Part shown: positions 1 to 10,644 of the stretch, piece by piece
How the letters are laid out: each line of letters starts with the position of its first letter
Numbering within the stretch: position 1 is the stretch's first letter
Assembly (NCBI GenBank): GCA_032122615.1
Contig: JAQBGF010000009.1
Coordinates: forward strand, 2,015-66,014
DNA: 64,000 nucleotides
Reading direction: 5' to 3'
Origin: Gammaproteobacteria bacterium
GTDB taxonomy: Bacteria; Pseudomonadota; Gammaproteobacteria; Steroidobacterales; GCA-2729495
The notes under the pieces: model-generated
What the model was told of the DNA's origin: nothing
Databases searched by the model: none
The model's input: only the letters and a program-made list of their open reading frames with translations
Translations under genes and position numbers: made by a program

Positions 1-1406
1 GCCACAATAGCGTGCGTCTCGTCAATTTCGATCAACGGCGTGCTTTCACTGCCATCCAGAACGCCCGGAGAAAATACCGCCGTGATGAGGCTGGAATTCG
101 TTCCCAGCGGGCCACCGCCTTCGCGGGTAAAACCTTCATACCGCTTGATGACCAGACCAGTATCCCGTGCCACCGGCTCGAGAGAGGTCGGATTTTCGAG
201 GGCCAGATCGTCGATCCGTTCGGCAAGGGAATAAAACTCGTCTTGCGCCTTCTGCGCCCGAAGATCGCCGACCAACTCTGCCCGGACTTCATCAAAGCTG
301 CGAGACGAACCGGTCCTCAGCTCTTCGAGACGGATAATGTGGTAGCCAAATTCAGTCTTGACCGGGACCGAGGTCTCTCCGGGATTGAGGGCAAACAGTG
401 CTTTCTCGAACGGCTCTACGTAGTTGCCCACGGCGGCAAACCCCAGGTCGCCGCCACGGGTCGCGGAGCCCACGTCACTGGAGTGCTTCGCGGCCAGCGC
501 TGCAAAGTCCCCACCCTCGCTGAGCTGGCCGGCAATCTCCTCAGCCAGGGCCCTGGCTTCTGGGTCCGTGCGATTACCGTCCACAGCGATCAGGATGTGG
601 CTGGCGCGCCGTTCTTCATCCGATCGAAAGCGGGTCGGATCGCGGTCATATGCCTCGTGAAGGGCTTCTTCGTCCGGCACGAACTCCGTCGCCATATCAG
701 CCAGGGCAACCTCCAGGTACTCAATGTTGGCACTCTCCAGCGATTGGAACTGGTTGGCATTGGCGGCGTAGTAGGACTGCACGTCGACATCACTGACAGT
801 GATCGCCGCGCCGAGAGTCTGAGGATCAAAAAGCAGGTACGCAACATCCCGACGTTCCTGATCCAGGGAGATCAGGCGACGAAATTCCGCAGGCGTAAAA
901 AACGAGCTTTCTTCCAGGCCCTGTTGAAGCTGGGAAACAGCGAGGAGCGACTGCTGCTCCTGCTCGAAAGCTGCGGGGCTGATGCCCTGAGAAGCGAGCG
1001 TGGCATCGTATGCGGGCTTGGAAAACTGCCCGCCAACCTGGAAGACTTCCATGTTGCGCACGCGGTCAATCACTCGTGAAGCACTTACACGAAAACCGGC
1101 GTCACGCACATACTGGGTAACGGCACGAGTGAGCACGAGTCCGTCGAGGGCGTCCCGCTTCAGTTGCGCTTCAACTTCCTTGGGTAGTTCGTTTCTGGCG
1201 GCCTGTTGTTCAGCCACCAGACGATTCTGAAAGACACGCTGAAATTCAACGGCGGAAATTTCCTCGCCGTTTACGCGGGCCGCGAACCGTGCACCAGTGA
1301 CCGTGAAATCGCCGCCGACAAAGGTCAGCACAAGTGGCACGGCAATAACCAGGATCACCGCAAAGGCAGCCCAGCCTGTCAGCTTTTCCCGGATGGTTTG
1401 CAGCAT
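1..1406 (-). CDS. ppiD: periplasmic chaperone / PPIase PpiD, N-terminal ~468 codons (C-terminus runs off the window start)
   Basis: Absent from the ORF track because it is open at the window edge. My minus-strand translation from ATG 1406..1404 reads MLQTIREKLTGWAAFAVILVIAVPLVLTF (membrane anchor) ... RRASHILIAV ... GGDLGF ... KTEFGYHIIRLEE (parvulin-type motifs). Its position after hupB fits lon-hupB-ppiD synteny. Confidence 0.85.
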   Translation of the reverse strand, partial: MLQTIREKLTGWAAFAVILVIAVPLVLTFVGGDFTVTGARFAARVNGEEISAVEFQRVFQNRLVAEQQAARNELPKEVEAQLKRDALDGLVLTRAVTQYVRDAGFRVSASRVIDRVRNMEVFQVGGQFSKPAYDATLASQGISPAAFEQEQQSLLAVSQLQQGLEESSFFTPAEFRRLISLDQERRDVAYLLFDPQTLGAAITVSDVDVQSYYAANANQFQSLESANIEYLEVALADMATEFVPDEEALHEAYDRDPTRFRSDEERRASHILIAVDGNRTDPEARALAEEIAGQLSEGGDFAALAAKHSSDVGSATRGGDLGFAAVGNYVEPFEKALFALNPGETSVPVKTEFGYHIIRLEELRTGSSRSFDEVRAELVGDLRAQKAQDEFYSLAERIDDLALENPTSLEPVARDTGLVIKRYEGFTREGGGPLGTNSSLITAVFSPGVLDGSESTPLIEIDETHAIV

Positions 1407-1427
1407 CGATTTATGCGTTATCGTTGG

Positions 1428-1504
1428 TGGCGGAGTGGACGGGACTCGAACCCGCGACCCCCGGCGTGACAGGCCGGTATTCTAACCAACTGAACTACCA
1501 CTCC
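1428..1504 (-). tRNA. tRNA-Asp (GTC)
   Basis: The reverse complement GGAGTGGTAGTTCAGTTGGTTAGAATACCGGCCTGTCACGCCGGGGGTCGCGGGTTCGAGTCCCGTCCACTCCGCCA is nearly identical to E. coli tRNA-Asp. Anticodon loop is CTGTCAC and CCA is encoded. Confidence 0.93.
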
Positions 1505-1551
1505 ACTCTTTTGAATCTATCCCCACGCGAACGTAACTTAACGCTCGAGGC

Positions 1552-1627
1552 TGGTGGGTGCTGAGGGGCTCGAACCCCCGACCTTCGCCTTGTAAGGGCG
1601 ACGCTCTTCCAGCTGAGCTAAGCACCC
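1552..1627 (-). tRNA. tRNA-Val (TAC)
   Basis: The reverse complement GGGTGCTTAGCTCAGCTGGAAGAGCGTCGCCCTTACAAGGCGAAGGTCGGGGGTTCGAGCCCCTCAGCACCCACCA folds as a cloverleaf with anticodon TAC and encoded CCA. Confidence 0.92.
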
Positions 1628-1683
1628 TTCTCCCGCTTCGGTTTATGTCTCGCCACGCGAAAGTATACTGACGGTAAACGTCA

Positions 1684-1720
1684 GCGCCCCGTGCCGGCAC
1701 TACTGGCCAGTACGGGGCGC
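1684..1720 (-). terminator. strong hairpin downstream of hupB (possible terminator or REP-like element)
   Basis: A 9-bp GC stem, GCGCCCCGT (1684-1692) / ACGGGGCGC (1712-1720), encloses a second small palindrome ACTGGCCAGT. No clean T-run follows, so terminator function is uncertain. Confidence 0.3.
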
Positions 1721-1759
1721 CTGATTCTCACACGTTAGCAGTGCTCCGGCGAAGACCGG

Positions 1760-2032
1760 CTAGTTTACGGCATCCTTCAGAGCCTTCCCAGCCTTAAATC
1801 CGGGAACATTGCTCGCGGCAATCTGGATCGTCTCGCCCGTCCGGGGATTTCGCCCCTGGCGGGCAGCCCGCTTCTTGACTACAAACGTCCCGAATCCAAT
1901 CAGCGACACCTGCTGGTCGGACTTCAGGGCTTTCGTGACGGCGCCGATGACCGCGTCTACTGCCCGGGTAGCATCAGCCTTCGACAATCCGGCGTCGTCC
2001 GCAACTACGTCAATCAAGTCACCCTTATTCAT
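1760..2032 (-). CDS. hupB: DNA-binding protein HU-beta
   Basis: 90 aa, [11 protein letters not shown]...[44 protein letters not shown] is a canonical HU fold sequence. It lies downstream of lon. Confidence 0.95.
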   Translation of the reverse strand: MNKGDLIDVVADDAGLSKADATRAVDAVIGAVTKALKSDQQVSLIGFGTFVVKKRAARQGRNPRTGETIQIAASNVPGFKAGKALKDAVN

Positions 2033-2192
2033 TAAAATACCTTCAAATGTAATCGAGCTATTCCCTCGTCATTGATGGCCTCCCCAACCGATAAGCCGAG
2101 ATGGCATTCGGTTCGGGTACTTTCCCAGTGACGCCCCTAATCCAGTGGTGCTCGCCGCAAGAGAAACCGCGGCCAGACGCTAGTCCAAAAAC

Positions 2193-2222
2193 CTTATACC
2201 AAGGCCGAAAAACGGCTGTCAA
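2193..2222 (-). promoter_or_regulatory. candidate sigma70 promoter for hupB
   Basis: On the minus strand: TTGACA (2222..2217), an 18-nt spacer, then TATAAG (2198..2193), about 160 nt upstream of the hupB ATG. Confidence 0.4.
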
Positions 2223-2251
2223 CCGCACCGCCCGAAGCCGCCAGCCGGAAT

Positions 2252-4669
2252 TCAGTGGGCTCGCACCCCGGATTCCGACTTTTCAGCCTGCTTATTTTGC
2301 GCATCGTCGCCCGATAAGGGTCGATTGACGGTCTTTGGAGCCGGCACGGTCTGCAGCGTCAACTGCAACACTTCGTCAATCCATCGCACGGGAACAATAC
2401 TGAGCTTGTCCTTGATGTTTTTCGGGATTTCGGCCAGATCTTTTTCGTTCTCAAGCGGGATCACGACCGTCGCAATTCCGCCACGATGAGCGGCCAGTAG
2501 CTTTTCCTTCAGTCCCCCGATCGGAAGAACTTCACCACGTAAGGTAATTTCACCGGTCATGGCGACATCACACCGGACTGGAATGCCGGTGAGCGCCGAT
2601 ACCAATGCCGTACACATGGCAATACCCGCACTCGGACCGTCCTTTGGCGTAGCGCCTTCCGGGACATGAATGTGCAAATCGAGCTTCTGATGAAAATCCT
2701 CGTCGATACCAAGCAGCGCGGCGCGTCCGCGTACGATGGTCGTCGCCGCCTGAATTGATTCCCGCATGACCTCACCGAGCTGGCCGGTATTAATCAGCTT
2801 ACCCTTTCCGGGTACCACGGCGGCCTCGATTGTCAGCAACTCGCCACCAACTTCCGTCCAGGCGAGTCCGGTAACCTGGCCCACTTGATTAACCTCCTCG
2901 GCCCGGCCATAGCGAAAGCGGCGGACACCAAGGTACTTGTCGAGACCCTTCGGCACCACGTGCGTGGACTTTGAGGCTGGCTTCAGCAGGTGATGCTTGA
3001 CAACCTTTCGGCATATCTTGGCGATCTCGCGCTCTAGATTTCGGACGCCGGACTCACGGGTGTAGTAACGGATAATGTCGCGGATGACCGAGTCTGAAAT
3101 TGAAATCTCCCCCTTCCTCAATCCGTTCGCCGCTACCTGTTTGGGGGCCAGGTAATTGCGCGCGATATTCAGCTTCTCGTCCTCCGTATAGCCCGGGATA
3201 CGGATGACCTCCATGCGATCAAGCAGTGGCGCCGGAATATTCAGCGTGTTGGCAGTGCAGACGAACATGACCTCTGACAGATCGAAATCAACTTCAAGGT
3301 AGTGATCGTTGAACACGGCGTTCTGCTCCGGATCCAGCACCTCCAGCAGGGCTGAGGACGGATCACCGCGAAAATCCGTGGACATCTTGTCTACTTCATC
3401 GAGCAGGAACAGCGGGTTACGTACGCCGGACTTTGCCAGATTCTGGACAATTTTCCCGGGCATTGACCCAATGTACGTCCGGCGATGCCCACGAATCTCT
3501 GCTTCGTCGCGCACCCCACCGAGCGACATCCGGACAAATTTCCGGTTGGTGGCACGAGCAATACTCTGGCCCAGGGATGTTTTGCCAACACCCGGCGGCC
3601 CGACCAGACAAAGGATCGGTCCTTTCAGCTTCTTCACCCGCTGCTGAACAGCGAGGTACTCCAGGATGCGTTCCTTGACCTTCTCCAGGCCAAAGTGATC
3701 TTTTTCCAGTACCTGTTCGGCCTCACCAAGCTTCTGGTTGACACGAGATCGCTTGCGCCATGGCGCCTTCAGGAGCCAATCCACATAATTGCGAACCACA
3801 GTAGCCTCAGCAGACATAGGAGACATCAGCTTCAGCTTGTTAAGCTCTGAAACGGCCTTGTCGCGTGCCTCCTTGGGCATACCGGCCTGCGAAATCCGCT
3901 GCTCGAGTTCAGCAATCTCGTTCGGGGCATCTTCCATGTCCCCGAGTTCCTTCTGGATCGCCTTCATCTGCTCGTTCAGGTAATACTCGCGCTGACTCTT
4001 TTCCATCTGCTGCTTGACACGACCGCGGATCCGCTTCTCGATCTGCAGCATGTCGATCTCGGTCTCAATCAGCATCATCACGTGCTCGAGCCGCTCCCGA
4101 ACGGTTTTGATTTCAAGCACCTTCTGTTTTTGCTCGAGCTTAAGCGCCATGTGGGCAGCTACGGTATCCGCGAGTCGTCCTGGTTGATCGATTCCAGCCA
4201 GAGAGGTCAGGATTTCAGGCGGCACCTTGCGGTTGAGCTTTACGTAACTTTCAAACTGAGATATCAGGGACCGCTTGAGCACCTCGGCTTCACGCGCCGT
4301 GACGTCGAGCTCGTCCTCGACAAGCGTGACATCGGCAGAGAAAAATTCTGCAGTCCGAGTCTTCGTGAGATTGGCGCGAGTACCGCCCTCCACGAGCACC
4401 TTCACCGTGCCATCGGGTAGCTTCAGCAATTGCAGGATGGTTGCGAGCGTGCCAATTCGGTAGATGTCCTCAAGTGACGGCTCATCCACATCGGCTTGCT
4501 TCTGGGCCACAAGTAGAATCTGCTTGCCAGACTGCATCGCCTCTTCCAGCGCCTGGATCGAACGCGCGCGACCAACAAACAGCGGGATAACCATGTGCGG
4601 ATAAACCACGACATCCCGCAATGGCAGGATCGGTATGTTCAGACGGTGCTGCGATTCGGTATCAGACAT
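2252..4669 (-). CDS. lon: ATP-dependent Lon protease
   Basis: 805 aa with the N-terminal LON domain ([23 protein letters not shown]), Walker [10 protein letters not shown] and the protease serine motif PKDGPSAG. Confidence 0.97.
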   Translation of the reverse strand: MSDTESQHRLNIPILPLRDVVVYPHMVIPLFVGRARSIQALEEAMQSGKQILLVAQKQADVDEPSLEDIYRIGTLATILQLLKLPDGTVKVLVEGGTRANLTKTRTAEFFSADVTLVEDELDVTAREAEVLKRSLISQFESYVKLNRKVPPEILTSLAGIDQPGRLADTVAAHMALKLEQKQKVLEIKTVRERLEHVMMLIETEIDMLQIEKRIRGRVKQQMEKSQREYYLNEQMKAIQKELGDMEDAPNEIAELEQRISQAGMPKEARDKAVSELNKLKLMSPMSAEATVVRNYVDWLLKAPWRKRSRVNQKLGEAEQVLEKDHFGLEKVKERILEYLAVQQRVKKLKGPILCLVGPPGVGKTSLGQSIARATNRKFVRMSLGGVRDEAEIRGHRRTYIGSMPGKIVQNLAKSGVRNPLFLLDEVDKMSTDFRGDPSSALLEVLDPEQNAVFNDHYLEVDFDLSEVMFVCTANTLNIPAPLLDRMEVIRIPGYTEDEKLNIARNYLAPKQVAANGLRKGEISISDSVIRDIIRYYTRESGVRNLEREIAKICRKVVKHHLLKPASKSTHVVPKGLDKYLGVRRFRYGRAEEVNQVGQVTGLAWTEVGGELLTIEAAVVPGKGKLINTGQLGEVMRESIQAATTIVRGRAALLGIDEDFHQKLDLHIHVPEGATPKDGPSAGIAMCTALVSALTGIPVRCDVAMTGEITLRGEVLPIGGLKEKLLAAHRGGIATVVIPLENEKDLAEIPKNIKDKLSIVPVRWIDEVLQLTLQTVPAPKTVNRPLSGDDAQNKQAEKSESGVRAH

Positions 4670-4790
4670 CCTTACTCTCCTGGGATCAGAGTCCCGCCAG
4701 GATCCTCCGTTCGGAGGTCGGGCGGCGCAGCAAACTCACTCATGCACGCGAGGCGGATACGACTCCGGACCTCCCACAACTGACAGGCGT

Positions 4791-6107
4791 TCAATTGCCG
4801 CCGGAACCAGCCACTCTTCGCTCTTCTTGAACAGCCCGCAACGGCGTCGTTTCATCGGTGTCAAAGATTATGTACGGCCTTGTCTCGCCTGTTACGACGG
4901 CTTCATCTATGACAACTTTTCGGGCATTCCGCAACGACGGCAATTCGTACATAGTGTCCAGCAAAATGCCTTCAAGGATGGTGCGCAGGCCTCGCGCCCC
5001 CGTCTTGCGCTTCATGGCGCGCTGCGCGACAGCGCGTAGCGCGTCCTCGCGGAACTCAAGCTCAGCCCCCTCCATCTCCAGAAGGCGCCGGTACTGCTTG
5101 GTCAGGGCATTCTTTGGCTCAACCAGGATGCTGATCAGCGCAGCTTCGTCAAGTTCATCAAGCGTAGCCACAACAGGCAACCGGCCCACAAACTCCGGAA
5201 TCAATCCGAAGCGGATCAGATCCTCAGGTTCGACATCCGCAAGGAGTTCACCGATCGACGTGTCTTCCGCACTGCACACATCGGCCACAAAGCCGATACC
5301 ACTCTTCTGCGAGCGCTTCTGGATGATCTTTTCCAGCCCGGCAAAAGCCCCACCAACAATGAACAGGATGTGCCGGGTATCGACCTGCAAGAACTCCTGC
5401 TGTGGGTGCTTGCGGCCACCCTGCGGCGGTACGGATGCGATCGTGCCTTCTATCAGCTTCAACAACGCTTGCTGCACACCTTCGCCAGACACGTCGCGCG
5501 TGATGGAAGGATTGTCGGACTTGCGGGAAATCTTGTCGATCTCGTCGATGTAGACAATGCCAGTTTGCGCCTTCTCGACATCGTAGTCGCACTTCTGCAG
5601 CAGCTTCTGAATTATGTTCTCGACATCCTCGCCCACATAACCGGCCTCAGTCAGCGTGGTGGCGTCCGCAATTGTAAATGGAACGTTAAGCAAGCGAGCG
5701 AGAGTCTCTGCCAGCAGGGTCTTTCCGCAACCCGTTGGGCCGATCAACAGGATATTGCTCTTGGAAAGCTCAATGTCGCCCTTGCCGCCGTCGGCGGAAC
5801 GATTCTCCAGCCGCTTGTAGTGGTTATAGACCGCTACAGAAAGGATCTTCTTGGCGCGCTCCTGCCCGATTACGTACTCGTCAAGGACGTTCTTGATTTC
5901 CTGGGGCTTCGGCAGCTTGGCACTGCTGTGGTCCTGGCGATCCTCGAGTTCCTCACGAATAATGTCATTGCAGAGTTCAACACACTCGTCACAAATGAAA
6001 ACCGACGGGCCCGCAATAAGCTTGCGTACCTCATGCTGACTCTTGCCGCAAAATGAGCAGTAGAGCAGCTTGCCGTCGTCGCCTCGTCCGCGGGTTTCGT
6101 CAACCAT
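4791..6107 (-). CDS. clpX: ATP-dependent Clp protease ATP-binding subunit ClpX
   Basis: 438 aa. Zinc-binding N-terminus [30 protein letters not shown], Walker A GPTGCGKT. Gene order is clpP-clpX-lon. Confidence 0.97.
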   Translation of the reverse strand: MVDETRGRGDDGKLLYCSFCGKSQHEVRKLIAGPSVFICDECVELCNDIIREELEDRQDHSSAKLPKPQEIKNVLDEYVIGQERAKKILSVAVYNHYKRLENRSADGGKGDIELSKSNILLIGPTGCGKTLLAETLARLLNVPFTIADATTLTEAGYVGEDVENIIQKLLQKCDYDVEKAQTGIVYIDEIDKISRKSDNPSITRDVSGEGVQQALLKLIEGTIASVPPQGGRKHPQQEFLQVDTRHILFIVGGAFAGLEKIIQKRSQKSGIGFVADVCSAEDTSIGELLADVEPEDLIRFGLIPEFVGRLPVVATLDELDEAALISILVEPKNALTKQYRRLLEMEGAELEFREDALRAVAQRAMKRKTGARGLRTILEGILLDTMYELPSLRNARKVVIDEAVVTGETRPYIIFDTDETTPLRAVQEERRVAGSGGN

Positions 6108-6231
6108 GGCTGCCGGTTTCTCCTGCTGTGAAGTCCGTCACGTGTCCTTCAACTAACATATAACATGCGTTCAGCGGGGTGTGCAAAATCCCTCGTCGTA
6201 TAACGCGAACAGTTCACATCACGCGGACATT

Positions 6232-6855
6232 TTACGTGGTTTTTCGCGTTTCGCCGCGCCGTTCCAGCACGCTGTCGATAAGTCCGTATTCCACGCCCTC
6301 GACCCCGCTCATGAATCGATCCCGATCGGTGTCACTCTCCACACGCTCCAGGGGCTGTCCGGTATGCACAGACAGAATCCGGTTTAGCCGCTCACGCGTT
6401 TGCAGAATTTCCTTGGCATGAATATCAATGTCTGATGCCTGCCCCTGAAAACCACCCAGCGGCTGATGAATCATCATGCGGGAGTGCGGCAGGCAGAATC
6501 GCTTGCCCTTCGCGCCACCCGTTAACAGCAGTGCGCCCATGCTGGCGGCCTGCCCGACACAAATCGTACTCACATCCGGCTTGATAAATTGCATCGTGTC
6601 GTAAATGGAGAGGCCGGCAGACACCACGCCACCCGGCGAATTGATGTACAGGTGAATGTCCTTGTCCGGGTTCTCGGATTCCAGAAACAACAATTGGGCA
6701 ACCACCAGATTAGCCATGTGGTCCTCGACGGGTCCCACGACAAAAATCACCCGCTCCTTCAGCAATCGCGAGTAGATGTCGTAGGCGCGTTCGCCGCGCG
6801 CAGTCTGCTCGATGACCATCGGTACTAGACCGAGCGACTTGGTATCCATAGCCAT
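6232..6855 (-). CDS. clpP: ATP-dependent Clp protease proteolytic subunit ClpP
   Basis: 207 aa, with [28 protein letters not shown] and the active-site context GQAASMGA. Confidence 0.97.
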   Translation of the reverse strand: MAMDTKSLGLVPMVIEQTARGERAYDIYSRLLKERVIFVVGPVEDHMANLVVAQLLFLESENPDKDIHLYINSPGGVVSAGLSIYDTMQFIKPDVSTICVGQAASMGALLLTGGAKGKRFCLPHSRMMIHQPLGGFQGQASDIDIHAKEILQTRERLNRILSVHTGQPLERVESDTDRDRFMSGVEGVEYGLIDSVLERRGETRKTT

Positions 6856-6875
6856 GATTACCGTCCCTGTTTCAA

Positions 6876-8195
6876 CTAGCTGTTGGCACTCAGGAGACCG
6901 GCCAGCGACCGAAATGCCATGGGTTGCGACACTGTTGTCGCCCGCGCGGCAAGCCAGTCGATCACCTGCTCCTCGAGTACGGAATTCTCCACCTGCGTCA
7001 AAAGCTGAGCTGTCTGATAGTACAGCTTGCGAATATCATCGGGCTTTTCATAGCCGCCGGACAATTGGTCGATCCGTTCGCGAACCTTATCCCGGTCCAC
7101 CACGAGTTCCTGCTCGCGAATCACTGCGCCTATCAGCAGCCCGAGCCGAACCCTGCGCTCAGCCGTCTCACGAAAAGACTCAAGTGATGGTGCTGCGCTG
7201 ACATCGGTGATGCCCAGGTTCCGCATTGCGTCGGCCTGCAATGTGGTAGCTTCCTGCTCAACGAGCGCGACCGGTATGTCGATCAGGTTCGCCTGCAGCA
7301 GCAACTCCAGCAACTGGCGCTTGATCTCCGCTTTCGCCCTGGCGGCAAACTCGCTGGCCATGTTCTTGCGTATATCCTGGGTGAAATCCTCCCTGGTACC
7401 GCTCTCGACACCGAAGCCGCGAATGAAATCCCCGTCCACCTCAGGCAAATGCTCTTCGGCGACTTCCCCTACCTGGATGCTGAATTCAGCGGGCTGGCCA
7501 GCCATCGTTCCGTTCGGATAGTCGACGGGGAACTGCACTTTGATTTCACGTCTTTCGCCGGTCTTGACGCCAACCAGTTGCGTCTCGAAATCTGCAATCA
7601 TCCGGCCCTCGCCCAGCACGATTGCGACCTTCTCGCCGGTTCCGCCTTCCATCGGCGCGCCGTTCATACGACCTTGAAAATCCACGGTGACACGATCACC
7701 CGTTCGCGCACCCCGGTCGGCAGCATGCCAATGGGCGCGTTGCCGACGGAGGTTTTCGGTGATGAAGTCGATATCGGCATCGTCAAACGCCGGTTCAGGT
7801 CGACTGACACTGAACGAGTCCAGGCCCTGCACCGTAAATTCGGGAAAGACCTCAAAGCTGGCCGTGTACACGAGATCGCCGCCATCGGTACCGGCATCCG
7901 GTGCCGCATTGATCTGCGGATCACCGACCGGGCGCAATTTCTGGCGATTAAGGGCCTCGTTATAGGTCGATTGCACGACGTCCTGCAGAACCTCGACGCG
8001 AACCTGATTACCGAACCGCCGTCGAATCACCGTTTCCGGCACCTTGCCGGGCCGGTAGCCCTTGATATTCGCCGTCCGGCTCATTGAACGCAGCCGAACC
8101 TGCACCTCTTGCTCTATACGCTGCGCCGGCACCCGGACCTGTAGCCGCCGCTCCAGCCGCTGGCCCGTCTCCAGAGAAACTTCCAAATCCGCCAT
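6876..8195 (-). CDS. tig: trigger factor
   Basis: The track ORF (to 8357) runs into tRNA-Leu. [22 protein letters not shown] aligns with E. coli MQVSVETTQGLGRRVTITI, so I start at ATG 8195 (GAGAGGG upstream). ATG 8225 is an alternative. Confidence 0.9.
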   Translation of the reverse strand: MADLEVSLETGQRLERRLQVRVPAQRIEQEVQVRLRSMSRTANIKGYRPGKVPETVIRRRFGNQVRVEVLQDVVQSTYNEALNRQKLRPVGDPQINAAPDAGTDGGDLVYTASFEVFPEFTVQGLDSFSVSRPEPAFDDADIDFITENLRRQRAHWHAADRGARTGDRVTVDFQGRMNGAPMEGGTGEKVAIVLGEGRMIADFETQLVGVKTGERREIKVQFPVDYPNGTMAGQPAEFSIQVGEVAEEHLPEVDGDFIRGFGVESGTREDFTQDIRKNMASEFAARAKAEIKRQLLELLLQANLIDIPVALVEQEATTLQADAMRNLGITDVSAAPSLESFRETAERRVRLGLLIGAVIREQELVVDRDKVRERIDQLSGGYEKPDDIRKLYYQTAQLLTQVENSVLEEQVIDWLAARATTVSQPMAFRSLAGLLSANS

Positions 8196-8278
8196 CGCCC
8201 TCTCGATTTCCTGAACCATCTGCATTCCTAATCTCGCCCTGCCGGATCGCGCCCGCCCCACCCCCTGGCAAAATGGCC

Positions 8279-8365
8279 TGGTGCGAACGGAGAGACTCGA
8301 ACTCTCACGGGTTACCCCACAGGAACCTAAATCCTGCGCGTCTACCAGTTCCGCCACATTCGCGC
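8279..8365 (-). tRNA. tRNA-Leu (TAG)
   Basis: The reverse complement GCGCGAATGTGGCGGAACTGGTAGACGCGCAGGATTTAGGTTCCTGTGGGGTAACCCGTGAGAGTTCGAGTCTCTCCGTTCGCACCA has a long variable arm, anticodon TAG and encoded CCA. Confidence 0.92.
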
Positions 8366-8395
8366 ACGGGACCCTAAAGCGGCTTTGGGCGCGAC

Positions 8396-8401
8396 ATTAT
8401 A
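8396..8401 (-). promoter_or_regulatory. -10 box of a candidate stable-RNA promoter for tRNA-Leu (and possibly tig)
   Basis: A perfect TATAAT on the minus strand is followed by the GC-rich discriminator GTCGCGCCC, 30 nt upstream of the mature tRNA 5' end. There is no convincing -35. Confidence 0.45.
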
Positions 8402-8480
8402 CCGAACGACCTCAGGCACACCGGCATACCGGCTTTCTTAACGGTGCTTTCAGGTCCGGAGCGGCGCAGCCGAGATGCAC

Positions 8481-8556
8481 GAAAAAATGACGGCTATAAC
8501 TTATATATATTACAATGACTTATATCTTAACTTGAAACTCGCTTATAGGATACTTC
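8481..8556. other. AT-rich ~75-bp island with short direct repeats
   Basis: Sequence is gaaaaaatgacggctataacttatatatattacaatgacttatatcttaacttgaaactcgcttataggatactt. ACTTATAT occurs at 8499-8506 and 8518-8525. It contrasts sharply with the GC-rich surroundings. Confidence 0.6.
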
Positions 8557-8614
8557 GACCGACATCAGGGCAGCGTGCGAGCTTCGGGGTAAGAAATCCG
8601 TGACCGGACGGGAA

Positions 8615-8690
8615 TGGTGGGCCGTGTAAGACTTGAACTTACAACCAATGGATTAAGAGTCCACTGCTCTACCAGTTGAGCTAACGGCCC
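8615..8690 (-). tRNA. tRNA-Lys (CTT)
   Basis: The reverse complement GGGCCGTTAGCTCAACTGGTAGAGCAGTGGACTCTTAATCCATTGGTTGTAAGTTCAAGTCTTACACGGCCCACCA aligns with E. coli tRNA-Lys, with anticodon CTT in place of TTT. Confidence 0.9.
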
Positions 8691-8745
8691 GTCTGCCTCG
8701 TCGCGGCTGGCCTTGTGCCGGCCAGCAACGCGCCTTCGCGAAAGT

Positions 8746-8822
8746 TGGGGTGGACGATGGGGCTCGAACCCACGACCACCGGAATCACAATCCGGTGCTC
8801 TACCAACTGAGCTACGCCCACC
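8746..8822 (-). tRNA. tRNA-His (GTG)
   Basis: The reverse complement GGTGGGCGTAGCTCAGTTGGTAGAGCACCGGATTGTGATTCCGGTGGTCGTGGGTTCGAGCCCCATCGTCCACCCCA includes the extra 5' G(-1) typical of tRNA-His. Confidence 0.92.
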
Positions 8823-8839
8823 ATTTAGCGTTCTCGTCA

Positions 8840-8916
8840 TGGCGCGCCTGGCAGGACTCGAACCTGCAGCCCCCGGCTTAGAAGGCCGGTGCTCTGTCCG
8901 GTTGAGCTACAGGCGC
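8840..8916 (-). tRNA. tRNA-Arg (TCT)
   Basis: The reverse complement is GCGCCTGTAGCTCAACCGGACAGAGCACCGGCCTTCTAAGCCGGGGGCTGCAGGTTCGAGTCCTGCCAGGCGCGCCA, with anticodon TCT. Confidence 0.92.
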
Positions 8917-8936
8917 TCCGCTGCCGAGAGACCAGG

Positions 8937-9013
8937 TGGTCGGGGCAGACGGATTCGAACCGCCGACCCTCTGCTCCCAAAGCAGATGCGCTACCAGACT
9001 GCGCCATGCCCCG
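8937..9013 (-). tRNA. tRNA-Pro (TGG)
   Basis: The reverse complement is CGGGGCATGGCGCAGTCTGGTAGCGCATCTGCTTTGGGAGCAGAGGGTCGGCGGTTCGAATCCGTCTGCCCCGACCA, with anticodon TGG. Confidence 0.92.
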
Positions 9014-9031
9014 ACTGGTCCCGGCGCCGGC

Positions 9032-9037
9032 ATTATA
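9032..9037 (-). promoter_or_regulatory. -10 box of a candidate promoter for the tRNA Pro-Arg-His-Lys cluster
   Basis: A perfect TATAAT on the minus strand is followed by the GC-rich discriminator GCCGGCGCC, 19 nt upstream of the tRNA-Pro 5' end. The -35 is weak. Confidence 0.45.
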
Positions 9038-9138
9038 GCGATCTGCCGGGCAAGACGGGTGATTCATCGGGGGCGGCGATGATAAGGACGACAGAGGACA
9101 GCGTCAATTTACCCCTCCGTGCTAAGGTGTCGGCCGCC

Positions 9139-10026
9139 ATGACCGCCCGCCTGATTGACGGCAAAGCCATTGCTACCGAAATGCAGAATGCTCTGCGCCA
9201 GCGGATTGCCGACCGCCGCCAGAAGGGGCACCGTCCGCCCGGCCTGGCCGTAGTCCTCGTCGGGGATGATCCGGCCTCAAGAATCTATGTGCGGAACAAG
9301 CGCAAGGCCTGCAATGACGTCGGCATCATGTCTCGCGACTACGATCTGCCAATGGCCACCGACGAGAACCACATCCTGGCCCTTATCGATCAACTGAATG
9401 CCGACCCCGAAATCGACGGCGTTCTGGTACAGCTGCCCCTCCCCGCCCACATCAATGAAATAGCCGTAATCGAGCGCATCGACCCGGTCAAGGACGTCGA
9501 CGGGTTCCACCCCTACACGGTGGGACGCCTGTGCCAGCGTATTCCCGTCCTGCGTCCCGCAACACCCTACGGCGTGATGACATTGCTCCGCCATATCGGC
9601 ATCCCCGTGCAAGGCCAGCACGCCGTGGTCGTGGGCGCATCAAATCACGTGGGTCGACCACTGGCTCTGGAACTGCTACTCGCGGGAGCCACGATCACCG
9701 TCTGCCACCGGTTTACGCGGGATCTGGCTCACCATGTAGCGGAAGCCGATATTCTGGCGGTGGCCGTCGGCAAGGCGGGACTGATACCGGGCGCCTGGAT
9801 AAAACCGGGCGCCGTCGTCCTCGACATCGGCATAAGCAGACTGGCCAACGGCAAACTGACGGGAGATGTCGTCTTTGACGATGCGCAAAAGAGGGCTGGC
9901 TGGATCACACCGGTGCCCGGCGGAGTAGGCCCGATGACCATCGCCATGCTGCTGGAGAATACGCTAACAGCCGCCATTTCCGGGACGGCCCTGCTTCAGG
10001 CGCGGGAACTGACGCCGACCGGCTAG
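9139..10026 (+). CDS. folD: bifunctional methylenetetrahydrofolate dehydrogenase/cyclohydrolase FolD
   Basis: [16 protein letters not shown]...[25 protein letters not shown]...[14 protein letters not shown]...[10 protein letters not shown]. The upstream part of track ORF 8713.. overlaps four tRNAs and is not coding. Confidence 0.95.
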   Translation: MTARLIDGKAIATEMQNALRQRIADRRQKGHRPPGLAVVLVGDDPASRIYVRNKRKACNDVGIMSRDYDLPMATDENHILALIDQLNADPEIDGVLVQLPLPAHINEIAVIERIDPVKDVDGFHPYTVGRLCQRIPVLRPATPYGVMTLLRHIGIPVQGQHAVVVGASNHVGRPLALELLLAGATITVCHRFTRDLAHHVAEADILAVAVGKAGLIPGAWIKPGAVVLDIGISRLANGKLTGDVVFDDAQKRAGWITPVPGGVGPMTIAMLLENTLTAAISGTALLQARELTPTG

Positions 10027-10059
10027 TTGTACTGAACCTCTGAGGAGTCGAATCGAGCC

Positions 10060-10644
10060 ATGTTTTGCTCAAAAAATCTGTTGTCGTTACTTACCCTCGT
10101 GGCCCTGACCGTGATAACCGCAGCCCACGGCGGAGAACTCACGCAAGTCAAGGTGGAAACCTCAGCCGGCGACTTCGTCCTGCAAATGGATGCCGACCGT
10201 GCCCCACTCTCCGTGGCAAATTTTCTCCAGTATGTCCGCGACGGCTTCTACGACGGAACGATCTTTCACCGGGTTGTGAACGGGTTCGTCATCCAGGGAG
10301 GGGGCTATGCGGCAAACATGGAGCCGAAACCCCCTCGCCCGGCTATCCCCAACGAAGCGGGCAATGGCCTGACCAACCGGCGCGGCTCTGTCGCCATGGC
10401 CCGCACCGGCGATCCGCACTCGGCCGACGCCCAGTTTTACGTCAACCTGGCGGACAATCTGGCGCTCGACCCAAAACCGACGCGCTGGGGTTATGCCGTG
10501 TTCGGTGAGGTGATCCAGGGCCTCGAAATTGTCGACAAGATCGGGCACCAGGTGACCAGCATCAAGGACGGGATGCAGGATGTGCCGATCGAAAACGTGG
10601 TAATCCGCAAGGTCACCGTGCTGAAAACCCCAATTGCCCGATGA
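10060..10644 (+). CDS. ppiA: cyclophilin-type peptidyl-prolyl isomerase with signal peptide
   Basis: 194 aa. Has an N-terminal signal-like segment LLSLLTLVALTVITAAHG, then FHRVVNGFVIQGGG...GSVAMAR...SADAQFYVN. Confidence 0.85.
   Translation: MFCSKNLLSLLTLVALTVITAAHGGELTQVKVETSAGDFVLQMDADRAPLSVANFLQYVRDGFYDGTIFHRVVNGFVIQGGGYAANMEPKPPRPAIPNEAGNGLTNRRGSVAMARTGDPHSADAQFYVNLADNLALDPKPTRWGYAVFGEVIQGLEIVDKIGHQVTSIKDGMQDVPIENVVIRKVTVLKTPIAR

Noticed and set aside
12-1079. 355-aa ORF on the + strand, the longest track ORF at the window start
   Set aside because: It is the antisense shadow of ppiD. The minus-strand frame gives a textbook PpiD sequence, while the + frame is Arg/Gly/Ala-rich with no recognisable motifs. 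Long antisense ORFs are expected at this GC content.
4670-4790. Possible sigma32 heat-shock promoter and hairpin (CCTCCG-aa-CGGAGG at 4703-4716) upstream of lon
   Set aside because: I found an ATTGAA but no CCCCAT-like -10 at the right spacing. The hairpin has no T-run. The evidence is too weak to call either a promoter or a terminator.
8196-8357. N-terminal 54 codons of the track's tig ORF
   Set aside because: This part overlaps tRNA-Leu (8279-8365) on the same strand. The trigger-factor alignment begins at [11 protein letters not shown].
8713-9138. N-terminal 142 codons of the 437-aa ORF containing folD
   Set aside because: It reads through the antisense of four tRNA genes. The FolD homology starts at MTARLIDGK (9139).
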